A DNA stretch of 64,000 bases from an uncultured Hormoscilla sp. (GCA_963921275.4 OZ001293.3:4992001-5056000), one strand, 5' to 3'. Shown: positions 1 through 13,190, counted from the stretch's first letter. A program made the numbers and translations. Notes: a model not told the origin generated them from the sequence alone.

Positions 1-4
1 CCAA

Positions 5-1603
5 TTGCTAGCCAAGGCGATCGCTCTATTTGAGCAAGAGGCCCAGGGTCTGCTGAGGTTGGAGTCTCATCCCCAAATCCCTCTGCTGTTAGATTTCTTT
101 GAGGAAGACAACCAGCGCTATCTGGTGCAGGAGTTTGTGGAAGGACAGAACCTCTGGCAGGAGTTGCAACAGCAGGGGGCTTTTAAGGAAGCACAGATCC
201 GAGAACTGTTGCTGGATCTGTTACCCGTACTCCAGTTTATCCACGATCGCCAGATCGTTCACCGAGACATTAAACCTGCCAATATCATGCGTCGTCAGCC
301 CGACGGTAAGTTGGTGCTGATTGATTTTGGCATTTCTAAGCAACTGGCCCAAACGGTGATGACCAAAACGGGCACGGCAGCTATTGGCACCCAGGGCTAT
401 GCCCCGATCGAACAAATGCTTACTGGTAAAGTTTATCCTGCTAGCGATATCTACAGCTTGGGCGTTACCTGCATTCATCTGCTTACAGCTGCTGCTCCCG
501 AGAGACTTTATCGGCCCCGAGAGGGAAATTGGTTCTGGCGAGATTATCTGTCCCAGGGGATGTACGTGAGCGAAAATCTAAGGGCGATCTTGGATAAGAT
601 GATCGAGCTGATGATGCACGAACGCTATCAATCAGCGGATGAAGTCCTGATTGATTTACAGTCTGCTTCTGCCAAGTCAGCTTCGGTCCCATCAAACCCG
701 ATCTTATTAGATTTGATTGGAGATATTAATAATGACCTGGGCATCACTAGGGCGCCAACCCTGACTGTGGCGAAACTCGGTCCTGCTGACTATAGAACTA
801 TTAGTGAGGCGATCGCCAACGCCTTCTATGATACGATCATACGGGTGTGTGCTGGTTTCTACTCAGAAAGTCTCGTAATTGATAAGCCGCTACAAATTGT
901 CGGGGATGGGGCTAGGGAAGACGCGATCGTCGAGAGTACATTCTCGCCCTGCCTACAGATGCGGACAGACCGCGCTGCAATTAGAGGCATAACCCTGCGT
1001 CATCGGGATGTGACCAAAAATGCTGACCCTATCGGCCGCTTTATCAGTCAGCCCCTGCTGAAACCCTATGCTATTGATATCCCCCAAGGAGAGTTAATTC
1101 TGGAGGACTGCGATATCGCCTCCACGGGTATTGCTTGCATATATATTCACGGCGCTGCTGTATCCTCATGTCTTCGCCGCTGTCAAATCTATGGAGGGGC
1201 AAAATATGGAATTTTGGTCGGCCAAAAGGTCCGGGTAAAGGTAGAATCATGCAATATTTACGGCCATGGGATCGGAATATATGTCCTCAAAGGTAGCAAC
1301 CCGCATTTGCTGCGCTGCCAAATTCACGACATGGCAGCAGATGGAATATTGGTAACCAATAAAGGTGAGGTAAGGGTAGAGGACTGCGATATCTTCGACA
1401 ATGCTGGGGTGGGGATAAAGGTTAAAAAAACTTGCAATCTCACTGTCCGAGGCTGCAATATCTACGGGAATAAACAGCAGGGCCTGCATGTGGAGTCGAA
1501 CGGCGCTGGCCCGATCGACAACTGCGATTTGAGAGGTAATGATGGGGGTGCCTGGTATATTGCCCCCCGCTGTGCGGTGCGCCGCAGCTGCAATTTGGAA
1601 TAG
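5..1603 (+). CDS. Ser/Thr protein kinase with C-terminal right-handed beta-helix (pectin-lyase-like) domain; 5' end lies before the window
   Basis: HRDIKPAN, LIDFG and GTQGYAPIEQ kinase motifs, then TISEAIANA...G(F)YSESLVIDKPL and repeated C-x-I-x-x-N-x-x-x-G beta-helix units. Confidence 0.9.
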   Translation: MLAKAIALFEQEAQGLLRLESHPQIPLLLDFFEEDNQRYLVQEFVEGQNLWQELQQQGAFKEAQIRELLLDLLPVLQFIHDRQIVHRDIKPANIMRRQPDGKLVLIDFGISKQLAQTVMTKTGTAAIGTQGYAPIEQMLTGKVYPASDIYSLGVTCIHLLTAAAPERLYRPREGNWFWRDYLSQGMYVSENLRAILDKMIELMMHERYQSADEVLIDLQSASAKSASVPSNPILLDLIGDINNDLGITRAPTLTVAKLGPADYRTISEAIANAFYDTIIRVCAGFYSESLVIDKPLQIVGDGAREDAIVESTFSPCLQMRTDRAAIRGITLRHRDVTKNADPIGRFISQPLLKPYAIDIPQGELILEDCDIASTGIACIYIHGAAVSSCLRRCQIYGGAKYGILVGQKVRVKVESCNIYGHGIGIYVLKGSNPHLLRCQIHDMAADGILVTNKGEVRVEDCDIFDNAGVGIKVKKTCNLTVRGCNIYGNKQQGLHVESNGAGPIDNCDLRGNDGGAWYIAPRCAVRRSCNLE

Positions 1604-1636
1604 TCGCTAAATTCAAAATTCATGCAGGGGGAAACC

Positions 1637-1815
1637 CTTTGAACCCTCATAACGAGTTGTGGGTTTTACCCCACCTGACTATCCTGGACGTGGTGCCCAG
1701 TTACGCCAGAACGAATCGCACCTACAAGTTATTACCGTTATTTCCAGGGGGAAACCGGTCTTAGCCATCCAAATCACCGGTGATACTGATGAAGTTTCGG
1801 CTAAACGAATCGCAC
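1637..1815 (-). mobile_element. Two nested 5' fragments of group II introns (twintron remnant)
   Basis: GTGCGATTCGTTTAG starts at 1815 and GTGCGATTCGTTCTGG at 1721 on the minus strand, matching the 5' ends of the other introns here; no DV/DVI follows. Confidence 0.75.
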
Positions 1816-1817
1816 AA

Positions 1818-2725
<908 letters not shown>

Positions 2726-2994
2726 AAGTCGTCATATCTTTAGTTTACCCCAAGATTGACAGTTACCGTCCCTTAAGCAAAGATAAAACTGGTTGCGCCT
2801 TGGGTGAGAATTACGTTAAATTATATTAAGATTCTGGCTCTTGGGCTTAAAAATTCTCTATAGCTAGCTGCTGAAGGAGAAGGGCCGCTACTGGCAGTCA
2901 GGAAAAAGCGTCTGTTAAAGACAAAAAATTGGGGCAAACACCCAAGACATTCGATCGCACTGTTGTAAGCCATATATAGACATCACCGAAACAG

Positions 2995-4881
2995 ATGAAA
3001 ATTTCGTGGAAAGTAATACTGCTGTGGATATTACCCGCTTTAGTGATCGGGTTCTTTCTGTGGCAGGGAGCCTGGGGCTCCTCTGGAATTGAGATCGGTC
3101 AGAATACTGCCAGTACCCGCATGACCTATGGTCGCTTCTTAGAATATTTGGATAACGATCGCGTGAGAACCGTAGACCTCTATGAGAATGGCAGGACTGC
3201 AATAGTCGCAGCAGTAGATCCCCAGTTAAACAACCAGCTCCTGCAATGGCGCGTGGATCTGCCAGCTAATTCTCCGGAACTGATCTCTAAGCTCAGAGAA
3301 GCAAAAGTCAGCTTTGATATCCACCCCCCTCGCAATGAGGGCGCTATCTGGGGACTGCTGGGGAATCTCATTTTTCCGGTGCTGTTAATAGCTGGGCTGT
3401 TTTTGCTGTTCCGGCGTTCCAGCAACGTGCCTGGTAGCCCAGGCCAAGCAATGAATTTTGCCAAGTCAAAAGCTCGTTTCCAGATGGAAGCGAAAACTGG
3501 CGTGATGTTTGATGATGTCGCCGGTATTGAGGAAGCGAAAGAAGAACTGCAAGAAGTGGTGACGTTCCTGAAAAAGCCCGAACGCTTTACCGCAGTGGGG
3601 GCGCGGATCCCCAAGGGGGTACTCTTGATCGGACCTCCCGGTACTGGGAAAACTCTCTTGGCAAAGGCGATCGCGGGAGAAGCGGGAGTACCGTTCTTCA
3701 GCATCTCGGGTTCGGAATTTGTGGAAATGTTCGTGGGTGTGGGGGCCTCTCGGGTGCGGGACCTGTTCAAGAAAGCGAAAGAAAACGCCCCTTGCATCAT
3801 CTTTATCGATGAAATTGATGCGGTAGGACGCCAGCGGGGTGCTGGCATTGGCGGGGGTAATGACGAACGGGAGCAAACTCTCAACCAACTGCTGACCGAA
3901 ATGGATGGGTTTGAGGGCAATGCCGGGATTATCATTATTGCGGCCACTAACCGACCAGATGTACTAGACTCGGCCTTACTGCGACCGGGTCGCTTCGATC
4001 GCCAGGTAACGGTGGACGCTCCGGATATCAAGGGACGCCTGGAAATCCTGGACGTCCATGCCCGGAATAAAAAGCTGGCTCCCGAAATTTCCCTAAAGAC
4101 GATCGCCCGTCGGACACCGGGATTTACGGGGGCAGATTTGTCCAACTTGCTGAACGAAGCGGCTATTTTAACAGCCCGGCGTCGCAAGGAGGCGATCACC
4201 ATGCTAGAAATCAACGATGCTGTAGACCGAGTAGTAGCAGGGATGGAAGGCACGCCCTTGGTAGACTCGAAGAGCAAGCGCCTGATTGCCTATCACGAAC
4301 TGGGACATGCGATCGTCGGTACTCTGCTGAAAGACCACGATTCAGTACAAAAAGTCACCCTGATTCCGCGCGGTCAAGCTCAAGGGTTAACCTGGTTTAC
4401 TCCCAGCGAAGATCACAGTTTAGTATCCAGGGCCCAGTTGATGGCTCGGATTACCGGTGCTCTGGGGGGTCGTGCCGCCGAAGATGCGGTCTTTGGAGAT
4501 GCAGAAGTCACCACAGGTGCTAGTAATGACCTGCAACAGGTGACCGGAATGGCCCGTCAAATGGTAACTCGTTTCGGCATGTCCGATTTAGGCCCCCTGT
4601 CACTGGAAAGCCAAACGAGTGAAGTATTTTTAGGTCGCGACCTGATGAGTCGATCGGAATATTCTGAAGAGATTGCCTCTCGCATCGACGCTCAAGTCCG
4701 CTCCATTGTCGAGCATTGCTACGACGACGCCAAACGGATTATCCGGGAAAACCGAACTGCGATCGATCGCTTAGTTGATTTGCTCATTGACAAGGAAACC
4801 ATTGACGGCGAAGAATTCCGGCAGATCATGGCCGAGTACGCCATTGTACCGGAGAAGGAGGAGTACGTGCCTCATATTTAA
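2995..4881 (+). CDS. ftsH: ATP-dependent zinc metalloprotease FtsH (FtsH2 type)
   Basis: Two TM segments, [18 protein letters not shown] motif, HELGH zinc motif. Confidence 0.97.
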   Translation: MKISWKVILLWILPALVIGFFLWQGAWGSSGIEIGQNTASTRMTYGRFLEYLDNDRVRTVDLYENGRTAIVAAVDPQLNNQLLQWRVDLPANSPELISKLREAKVSFDIHPPRNEGAIWGLLGNLIFPVLLIAGLFLLFRRSSNVPGSPGQAMNFAKSKARFQMEAKTGVMFDDVAGIEEAKEELQEVVTFLKKPERFTAVGARIPKGVLLIGPPGTGKTLLAKAIAGEAGVPFFSISGSEFVEMFVGVGASRVRDLFKKAKENAPCIIFIDEIDAVGRQRGAGIGGGNDEREQTLNQLLTEMDGFEGNAGIIIIAATNRPDVLDSALLRPGRFDRQVTVDAPDIKGRLEILDVHARNKKLAPEISLKTIARRTPGFTGADLSNLLNEAAILTARRRKEAITMLEINDAVDRVVAGMEGTPLVDSKSKRLIAYHELGHAIVGTLLKDHDSVQKVTLIPRGQAQGLTWFTPSEDHSLVSRAQLMARITGALGGRAAEDAVFGDAEVTTGASNDLQQVTGMARQMVTRFGMSDLGPLSLESQTSEVFLGRDLMSRSEYSEEIASRIDAQVRSIVEHCYDDAKRIIRENRTAIDRLVDLLIDKETIDGEEFRQIMAEYAIVPEKEEYVPHI

Positions 4882-4944
4882 CCCTGAGTCGCGATACTGC
4901 TGCGCAGTCGCTGCGCGATACTGCTGCGCAGTCGCTGCGCGAAC

Positions 4945-5680
4945 GTGGTGGCACCGTCGGATGTGCAGCAACGTCTGCTGATGGTGGAAATTCCCCGGTT
5001 GCAGCAGTGGATGTGTACGCGATGTGCTCGCTTTTGTGCGGGTAGCGCGCCCCGAGCACATCGAACCAAACCAAATAGAACTGGGACGAGTTGGCCTGGT
5101 GCTGATTTCACGGGACTGCTACTGACTACCCCCTCAGCTTGGTTGCAAGACCGCTTGCAAGGACAACAGCGATTTCCCACTGGCATTCCCACAATTCTGG
5201 ACGGGGTGGACGATCTGGAAGCCTGGAGCCGCTGGTGAGGGTTTAACGGTAATTTTGATCGGTGACGTGCCCCTGAAGGCTAAGGTGAGTGCAGTGCTCG
5301 CGGCGGACTTTGGCTCTCGGGAGACTTCCCTGGACGATCGCGGCATTTTAGTGACGGGTTGGGAGTTCTGGCGTCAGCATCAGGCCGCTTTACCTCCTCC
5401 CATGCTCCTGGCGATCGCCACTTTACCCATTCCTTCTCTAGAACACCCTCTGGTAGCTGGTCGCGTCGCTTACTATAAACGCAAACGTAAGGATTGGTTT
5501 CGCCAATACCTGTCAACCTGTGGCTCTCAACGAGTTACAGCGGGCGATCGCCCCAGCACGAGAAAGGCTTGGTATCGTCGCCCTGCTGGATAGCCGCATC
5601 ATCCACCGCAGCTATGGGCAGTCGGTGCTTGCAGCCCTAGGCCCCCTGGCACGGATTAATTACTTAGATGTTAGCTAGTT
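4945..5680 (+). pseudogene. Fragmented DinG-like / helicase_C_2 ATP-dependent helicase
   Basis: Pieces in different frames (GIPTILDGVDDLE; ILVTGWEFW...LPIPSLEHPLVAGRVAYYKR; ALLDSRIIHRSYG) with large deletions. Confidence 0.75.
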
Positions 5681-5815
5681 TACCCGATCCAATTACTCTG
5701 TTCGGGATTGATTATATTTTACTCCTAAAAAGCCAAAAAATAAAACAAATTGCGGGCACCCAAGTAAAAACGTTATCATCTATCTGTCAGTTATTGTATG
5801 TGATTATTGCTAATC

Positions 5816-6031
5816 ATGGGTGAAGCTAAGCGTCGGAAAGCAGCACTACTAGACAAATACGGTCAAGAACCCACTATTCTTCCCTGGCTGCCGATTACTA
5901 AGAGCCAAGCGGACAAGTTCATGAAATGGACGACCACAGGAGCTTGGATCGGGATTGGAATTATGATCGCAGTTTGGGTAACAGTGCGATTCATTGGTCC
6001 TGGGTTAGGTTGGTGGGAAGTTAATTTCTGA
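5816..6031 (+). CDS. Small conserved cyanobacterial membrane protein (DUF2839-like)
   Basis: MGEAKRRK start, WLPITK, C-terminal TM helix with RFIGPGLGWW. Confidence 0.85.
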   Translation: MGEAKRRKAALLDKYGQEPTILPWLPITKSQADKFMKWTTTGAWIGIGIMIAVWVTVRFIGPGLGWWEVNF

Positions 6032-6340
6032 GAAGTATTTTCCTGAGCCCGCTGTTGCTTCAACTCCTGGCGGTTCGACGAAGCTCACCGCAAGCGGAGA
6101 AGAAGCAACCGCCACCCCACTGTTATTTATAGGCCATGAGTGATTGTCGTGCTTTATACCTTTGCTTATGAGATAGATTAGCTATGCTAATGCATAGGAT
6201 GTGGCAGTTAATCATTAGATTTTGTAAACTTAATGTTCGGGCAACATCCTATACCTGACGCTTAGGAGGTGTAATTATTAATAAATCTGAAATTATACTC
6301 GACATATCAAAAATCATGTGGTAACAGGAGGAAAAAAAAA

Positions 6341-6694
6341 GTGTTCATCAGACTGGCAGAGCAACACCGGCAATTTGTGCAAGACCTAGTGATGAGCTTG
6401 CAAGCTCTGGCGATCGTGCTGGAGCGTAGGGGATACTTGGCATCTTGCTATACTTGCGGAGGTCAAATGAACAGTGCTTCGTTTATGGTCAGCCTGGGAA
6501 ATAATCATCTGATTAGATTTTTAGTATCCGACTATGGCATCACCTGGACGGAAATGCGGGACGATCGGGAACTGATGAAGCTCGAAGGTGCAGAGGCAAT
6601 TAGTCAGTTGCAGGAGTTGGCGAATTTAATTAAATTCCCCACCCAACTGACCAAAAAAGAGGAGGCCCATGCTGCTGTTGAGTTAATATCTTGA
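6341..6694 (+). CDS. Conserved cyanobacterial protein (DUF1815-like)
   Basis: MFIRLAEQHRQFVQDL...ASCYTCG...RFLVSDYGITWTE; SD GGAGG upstream of GTG. Confidence 0.85.
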   Translation: MFIRLAEQHRQFVQDLVMSLQALAIVLERRGYLASCYTCGGQMNSASFMVSLGNNHLIRFLVSDYGITWTEMRDDRELMKLEGAEAISQLQELANLIKFPTQLTKKEEAHAAVELIS

Positions 6695-6769
6695 TAGGTT
6701 TGTCCGACAAGTCCCTTAACAGCGGCAACTGATGTGACAGCCGAATACTGGCGGGTACATCTCAACAAG

Positions 6770-6842
6770 GCAGGGGCGAAGCATTCTGTAAGATTGCTTA
6801 TAGCTTTTCTTACGTTTACTGTCAGAATGCTTCGCCCCTACT
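6770..6842. repeat. REP-like palindrome between convergent genes (possible terminator)
   Basis: Inverted arms aggggcgaagcattct ... agaatgcttcgccccta. Confidence 0.7.
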
Positions 6843-6871
6843 ATTTGCAAAACCTCATCACTGATTGGTTG

Positions 6872-7981
6872 CTAGAGTTCTAATTCCACTGGCTCTTCAA
6901 CTAACTCTTCTTCTGATTCCATGTCTTCTATCGGTTCTGGGGTTCCTGGAATTCCCCGCAGTTCTCCCATATCCAACTGTTGACGCACCTGTTTTTCAAT
7001 GTCTTGAGTAAATTCCGGGTTTTCTTCCATGTATTTGATGGTATTGTCCCGACCCTGACCGATGTTATCGCCATTGTAGCTATACCAGGAGCCCTTCTTG
7101 GTAATTATGCCAATTTCTTCTGCCAGATCCAGGATACAGCCGAGAGTGGAAATGCCTTTGCCGAAAATGATATCAAATTCAGCGATCCGGAAGGGCGGAG
7201 CCACTTTGTTCTTGGCGACTTTGACTTTGGCCCGGATGCCGTACTCTTCAGAACCCTTTTTCAAGGTTTGAGTGCGGCGAATATCCAGTCGCACTGAGCA
7301 ATAGAATTTGAGGGCGTTGCCTCCTGTTGTTGTTTCTGGACTGCCGTAAATGACGCCGATTTTTTGACGCAACTGGTTGAGGAATATGACCGTGCAGCCG
7401 GATTTGCCAATGTTACCGGTGATTTTCCGTAGGGCTTGGCTCATTAAACGCGCTTGGGCACCCATCGGCGCGTCCCCCATGTCCCCTTCTATTTCTGACC
7501 TCGGCACTAGGGCTGCTACTGAGTCTACCACCACGATGTCTACGGCGGACGATCGCACGAGCTGATCCACCACTTCCAAGGCCATTTCACCGGTATCCGG
7601 TTGGGAAACTAGGAGGTTGGCAATGTCCACTCCTAATGTCGCAGAGTAGGTGGGGTCCAGGGCGTGTTCTGCATCCACGAAGGCAGCGATCCCGCCAGTC
7701 TTTTGCACTTCCGCGATCGCGTGCAGTGCGAGGGTGGTTTTACCGGAACTTTCTGGGCCATAGATTTCAATCACCCGACCTTTGGGCAACCCACCCCCCA
7801 AGGCCAAGTCCAGCGTGAGAGCACCGCTAGGAATGGTTTCCACTTTCATGCGTCCGGCGTCTCCCAGGCGCATAATGGCCCCTTTGCCAAAGTCCTTCTC
7901 AATCTTGTTGAGGACCATCTTCAGGGCCTTTTCTTTCTCGGGATTATCAATGGTTTGTTGCGCGGCCATTTTCTTACTCAT
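6872..7981 (-). CDS. recA: Recombinase RecA
   Basis: [25 protein letters not shown] motifs. Confidence 0.99.
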   Translation of the reverse strand: MSKKMAAQQTIDNPEKEKALKMVLNKIEKDFGKGAIMRLGDAGRMKVETIPSGALTLDLALGGGLPKGRVIEIYGPESSGKTTLALHAIAEVQKTGGIAAFVDAEHALDPTYSATLGVDIANLLVSQPDTGEMALEVVDQLVRSSAVDIVVVDSVAALVPRSEIEGDMGDAPMGAQARLMSQALRKITGNIGKSGCTVIFLNQLRQKIGVIYGSPETTTGGNALKFYCSVRLDIRRTQTLKKGSEEYGIRAKVKVAKNKVAPPFRIAEFDIIFGKGISTLGCILDLAEEIGIITKKGSWYSYNGDNIGQGRDNTIKYMEENPEFTQDIEKQVRQQLDMGELRGIPGTPEPIEDMESEEELVEEPVELEL

Positions 7982-8402
7982 TAGGTATTTCTTGCTAAAT
8001 GTATTCTTAGGACAAGTCTATTTTTGGGTCTGGAAGTCTCCATTTTAGACTGTTCCCGCTGTGGGCGACTGTCCACTTGATTTAATTTAACACATGTTGA
8101 CTTAATCATCAACTTAATCTTCGATCTAATTTTGAAACCAAAGCCTTGGGGTTAATTTTATTGCACAAATCATCAATGAATGGTAAAATTGCGGAAACTG
8201 CGAGAAAATTGGTTCGAGTGCTGGTGGTGGGTCAGGAAACTGCCGGTAGTATAACAGGGGAAAGGGGCGATCAAGCATTGACAGGACCGGCAGCGGGGGG
8301 TAAGATCGCTTAAAGCGATCACGAATGGACAGCATTTAATTAAATGCTAAGATAATCCTATCAGTTTGTTACTGAAAGTTCGCATCACTTAATCAATGAA
8401 CT

Positions 8403-9644
8403 ATGATCGAAAAAGACCATTCTCCTAAATCAGTCCCCCGCATTGAATATCTGAAGGTAAAAAATTATCGTGCCCTGCGGGACTTAGAACTAAAGAATAT
8501 TACACCGTTAACAGTGCTTCTCGGTCCGAATGGCAGTGGCAAGTCCACCATCTTCGATATGTTTGCCTTCCTGTCAGAGTGTTTTTCTGTGGGGTTGCGA
8601 AAAGCCTGGGACAAACGCGGCAAGTTCAGGGAACTGCGCAGCCGTGGTGCTGAAGGGCCAATTGTAATAGAGTTGAAATATCGCGAAACGCCCGAACAAC
8701 CGATAATTACCTATCATTTAGCTATTGATGAAAACGGCAAAGGACCATACGTCGCGGAAGAGTGGCTGCAATGGAGAAGAGGACAAAGAGGGAAGCCATT
8801 CCGGTTTCTTAATTTCAAAGAAGGTGCCGGACAAGTTGTCACTGGCGAGATGCCAGATGAACAGGATGAGAGAATTGAGGAACAGCTAGATTCTTCAGAA
8901 ATGTTGGCAGTCAATACTCTGGGTCAATTTGCTAAGCACCCCCGCGTCAGCGCCCTCCGTCGCTTCATCACTAGCTGGTATTTGTCCTACCTCACCGCTG
9001 ATAATACGCGCAGTCTTCCGGAAGCCGGACCGCAAGAACGGTTATCAGCCACTGGCGACAACCTACCCAACGTGATTCAATACCTCAAAGAACAATACCC
9101 TGATAGACTAGAGCGGATTCTGCAAATCCTATCCCAAAGGGTGCCCCGACTGGAGAAAGTTGAAGCGGAAATGATGCGGGATGGACGGTTGTTATTGCAG
9201 ATTAAAGATGCCCCATTTCCCCAGCCAATTCTCGCCAAGTTTGCCTCAGACGGGACTCTCAAAATGCTGGTATACCTGACGGTTCTTTATGACCCAGAAC
9301 CGCCACAACTCGTCGGCATTGAGGAACCAGAAAATCATCTGCATCCCCGCTTGTTACCAGAACTAGGAGAGGAATGTAGGTTAGGATCTGCCAAGACCCA
9401 ATTGATGGTAACGACTCATTCTCCCTTCTTTATCAATGGTCTCAGATCAGAAGAACTGTGGGTACTGTATCGAGATGAAGAAGGTTATACCCGAGCGAGG
9501 CGAACTGCTGATATGCAAGGCGTTAAGGAATTTCTGGAACATGGTGCCCTCTTAGGAAATCTGTGGATGGAAGATTTCTTTGAAGTTGGCAATCCTCTGG
9601 TGAATACTGGTGGTCCAAAAACTAGAGGCAAGGGCAAGAAATAG
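8403..9644 (+). CDS. ABC/AAA_21-type ATPase paired with DUF4276
   Basis: GPNGSGKS Walker A, ASDGT signature, [11 protein letters not shown]alker B, TTHSP. Confidence 0.9.
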   Translation: MIEKDHSPKSVPRIEYLKVKNYRALRDLELKNITPLTVLLGPNGSGKSTIFDMFAFLSECFSVGLRKAWDKRGKFRELRSRGAEGPIVIELKYRETPEQPIITYHLAIDENGKGPYVAEEWLQWRRGQRGKPFRFLNFKEGAGQVVTGEMPDEQDERIEEQLDSSEMLAVNTLGQFAKHPRVSALRRFITSWYLSYLTADNTRSLPEAGPQERLSATGDNLPNVIQYLKEQYPDRLERILQILSQRVPRLEKVEAEMMRDGRLLLQIKDAPFPQPILAKFASDGTLKMLVYLTVLYDPEPPQLVGIEEPENHLHPRLLPELGEECRLGSAKTQLMVTTHSPFFINGLRSEELWVLYRDEEGYTRARRTADMQGVKEFLEHGALLGNLWMEDFFEVGNPLVNTGGPKTRGKGKK

Positions 9645-9665
9645 TTAACAGCGGAATAAGGAATA

Positions 9666-10286
9666 ATGCACTTTTAATTTTTAGTCGAGGAAATATCTCT
9701 TCAGGTTGCCTTAGACAACCTTTTACCGTCAATATTAAGGGAAGACATAACCTTTAATATTCATCCTTATCAAGGCAAAAATGATCTGCTATTTAAATTG
9801 CCCGATCGCTTTAAAGGTTATAAGCAGTGGTTGCAGTGGTTGCTAGATGATTTCCGCATTGTAGTTCTAATTGACGAAGACCGAGAAGATTGTATCAAAC
9901 TCAAGCAGAAATTGGAGGACATAGCGGTTGATGTTGGCTTAGTAACTAAGACAGCAGCGGGGACAGATCGACCCTTTCAAGTCTTGAACAGATTGGTAAT
10001 TGAAGAATTAGAGGCATGGTTTTTTGGGGATGTAGAAGCTATTTGTGCAGCCTACCCACGCATTTCACCTAGTCTAGCACAGCAGGCGAAGTATCGCAAC
10101 CCTGATGCAGTTAAAGGTGGTACTTGGGAAGCACTGGAACGAGAACTGAAGAAAAAAGGTTATCATCCTGGTGGTTTGAACAAGCTAATGGCTGCGCGGG
10201 AAATCTCCCAACATATGAACCCGGAACGTAACAGTTCTCATAGTTTTCAGGTCTTCCGGGATGCCTTGTTGCGGATGGGAAAGTGA
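9666..10286 (+). pseudogene. DUF4276-like TOPRIM-fold protein with nonsense codon 4
   Basis: ATG CAC TTT TAA TTT TTA GTC GAG GAA is in frame with ORF 9798-10286 (VLIDEDRED, EELEAWFFGD, NSSHSFQVF). Confidence 0.8.
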
Positions 10287-10400
10287 GCGATCGCCTCCTT
10301 AAATTTGCTGACAAAAAATATTTTGGCGACAATCTGATTTTGCCAATTTCAATCTATCATACATCGAAAAAATGGTATGCCGGGGTTATGGGTACTCCTC

Positions 10401-10646
10401 CAATACTTCTCAACTAATAACTTGTCATTGCGAGGGGGCTCAATCACGAGCATTCTTCCGATCGCGCAGCGTGGCGCAGCCATTCCCCGCGCTTAATCCT
10501 CCCCCGGAACGCGCAGCGGCCCGACGCCAGGAGGGCTAGCAATCTCACCGACGACGCCAAAGCACTCTTCCTCTCATACGGGGCGGGGGATTGCTTCGGG
10601 GGGGGTTAACTCAATGACAACCTATATCCTTAACCGAGAGGTATTG
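10401..10646. mobile_element. MITE with CAATACTTCTC-type terminal inverted repeats and 10-bp target duplication
   Basis: Ends caatacttctc / gagaggtattg; ggtactcctc duplicated at 10391-10400 and 10647-10656; internal sequence shared with 32452-32713, 56506-56684, 58483-58600. Confidence 0.85.
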
Positions 10647-10991
10647 GGTACTCCTCGACTTGGACTAAGAAACCCGGTTTCTGGGTACTCGAATGCAAGG
10701 ACTACAATTATAGATAAAGTGTCTTTACTCGATCGCAGTCCGATACCCAGTGGGCGACGCCGGAACCCTAGGTGAAATCTCCCCCAGGAAAGACCCTTGC
10801 ATTTCTACAGGAGGATATCTTAGATTTTATAATAACATAAATTTAGCAATTTTCAACCCTATTTTAATATTTTTTTCACCGGGTTACTGACGCTGAAAAG
10901 CTATTTTTGCGCACCTGTATAAAGGCGATCGGGAGCATTTCACTTTGCGGTCAAACCAGTTGGGTTTTGAAAAGGTTTAATTGCGGACTAT

Positions 10992-11334
10992 TTCACCGGT
11001 TATTCAGGATTTATTCTCTACTAATTCAACTACTTTCGCACCCACGGCTTTTTTAACATCATAATATGCACTGATAATTTGATGATACGCTGGCGCTGTG
11101 CCCCTACATTTAATTTGCCTCCCGCATATCGGGTGGGAAACCTGGTCCTTTCACACAGTTCTTCTTCACCGGTTATTCAGGATTTATTCTCTACTAATTC
11201 AACTACTTTCGCACCCACGGCTTTTTTAACATCATAATATGCACCGATAATTTGATGATACGCTGGCGCTGTGCCCCTACATTTAATTTGCCTCCCGCAT
11301 ATCGGGTGGGAAACCTGGTCCTTTCACACAGTTC
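10992..11334. repeat. Tandem direct duplication of about 173 bp
   Basis: ttcaccggttattcagg...tcacacagttc starts at 10992 and again at 11165; one substitution seen. Confidence 0.9.
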
Positions 11335-11508
11335 ATTAACGATCGGATATCGAACCCAGTATCGCCCTTGGGTTGAGGCACTAAACCAACCTACAATTTC
11401 CCACTATCGCCGATCCTGTTGGCAGGTAACGGCGCAATTCTCACTAGAAAGGTAGAGACGCTAACCCTTGCATCTCTACAGAATTTCCTTTGCTTGTTCC
11501 TATTATTA

Positions 11509-12456
11509 TTATAACCTAATTTCTGAGGTTTGTGCTTTTTTCTGGATGATTTCTTTCCTTTCCTGGCCGTTGGGTGGCATCACTATAAAAATTTCATCGA
11601 AACGTCCCGCCCGAAATAACTCTGGCGGCAGTTTGTCTCTGTCGTTCGATGTGGCGATGAAAAATATCGGATAGTTGTGGTCGTTTAGCCAGGAGAGAAA
11701 TGTGCCAAATTGCCTCGTTGTTACCCCGCTGCTGTCTCCCCCTACTCCCGAAAAGGCTTTCTCGATCTCGTCCATGAATAATATGTTCGGCGCTGATGCT
11801 TCGATCGCTCTTAAGGCTTGATAGGTGTTACTTTCTGATTCTCCTACCCATTTTGATTGCAACCTCGATATTTCAAAGTTGATTTGCGGTACCCGCCATT
11901 CTTGCGCGATCGCCCTGGCGATAAAGGATTTCCCACAGCCGGGAAATCCTTCTAGCAGGATGGCTCGCGGGCGCATGAATGGAGCAACTTCAGTTAGTTG
12001 CAAAGCATCCCGTACCGTTTGGGCATCTAAGAGGTCTTGAGAGATTAAAGCCTCATACTCCGATCGCACGCCAGGAAGTCGGGACCTAAGGGCAGCAACC
12101 TGGCGTTGTTCATCCATTGCTACCGCCTTAATAGCATTATCTGAAGTTCCAGAACCCATCGCCGAAGATTTGGTTTGTGGGGGCAAAGAAACAGAAACCC
12201 TTGCGGGACCAGAACTAGAACGAACCCGGGCCCTCACCTGGGCAATGCGCTGCTGAATTTCCCGTTCCCGTCGTTCAGCAGCCTCCCGTTCCCGGCGCAG
12301 GCGGTCCTGGTAAGATTGCACCGCTTTCACCCCCAAATGGGCGATCGTTCCCGCCGCCCCCACCACCGCACCGGTAGCCAGGATGACCCCTACTGCTGGG
12401 GCGATCGCCGCCCCTACTGCTGCACCGGCAACAGACATTGATTTTGAACCACTCAT
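11509..12456 (-). pseudogene. Chimeric/truncated AAA+ ATPase ORF (TM plus coiled-coil N-terminus fused to an AAA domain)
   Basis: GFPGCGKS, LFMDEIEKAF, ATSN, RAGRFDEIF; abrupt junction at ...LQLTEVAPFMRP and early end. Confidence 0.6.
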
Positions 12457-12599
12457 CTGGCCATATCTCCTTTACTTTCTCAACGACTAACTACGATCGA
12501 ATAGCACCGGTCATTTATCCCTGCTCCTTGGTCAAAACCAGTCGGCCTCCCCTTCTGTGTCCCCCGGTGCAGTTTAGGGGAACGAGTGCTCCTTGTGCT

Positions 12600-12830
12600 T
12601 AACGCGGTGGAGTTGTACTTAATGCGCACGGGTCACTATAGTCTGCCCATAGGTCACTACTCAACGCGCCCATGTGCAATTTTAACGCGCAGGGGTGCAA
12701 ACTTAACCCAACCCAGGTGGAGCGACAACGGGCACGGGTCGCTACTCAACGCGCAGGGGTGGATATCTAACGCCGACCCTTGACTACCCAACGCCGATCC
12801 TTGACTACCCAACGCCGACCCTTGAACCCA
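12600..12830. repeat. Degenerate 21-bp tandem repeats
   Basis: (tgactacccaacgccgaccct)n, best conserved at 12768-12825. Confidence 0.7.
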
Positions 12831-12899
12831 GCGATCGCCAGTACTACGCGAGTACAGTATAAATTTTAGTATATTTACGGCTGACATGTCTAAATAAAA

Positions 12900-13190
12900 G
12901 GCGTTATAGTAAAACTGTATCTGAACGGTAGGCCTAGACTGAACAGTCTCGGCTTTTTCTGCCGGTTTTAAAGAATGAATGCCCCAGTGTTCCGAACTTA
13001 CATAAAATATAATTTCCTGACTCGCACGATCGGATACTGCTTTATGTATAATGGTCACATTTTGACTATTACGCAAATTATTTTTAAGCTGGGTTCCGAT
13101 ACGAAACTGGTAGGTCAGATGCAGCCCTATTATGAAGCCAAAACCAGGGGAAAACAGCAGCTAGGGGATACCCAACGCAGACGAGTCATT
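12900..13190 (-). pseudogene. FkbM-family methyltransferase remnant
   Basis: VFGFxxGLHL, NVTIIHKAVSDR, FYVSSEHWGIHSL fragments. Confidence 0.5.

Noticed and set aside
3180..4277. 365-aa antisense ORF in ftsH (and similar ones in leuA, tkt, glgB)
   Set aside because: Antisense shadows of conserved genes
10992..11334. 173-bp repeat pair as DGR template/variable region
   Set aside because: Only one difference seen and directly tandem; simple duplication
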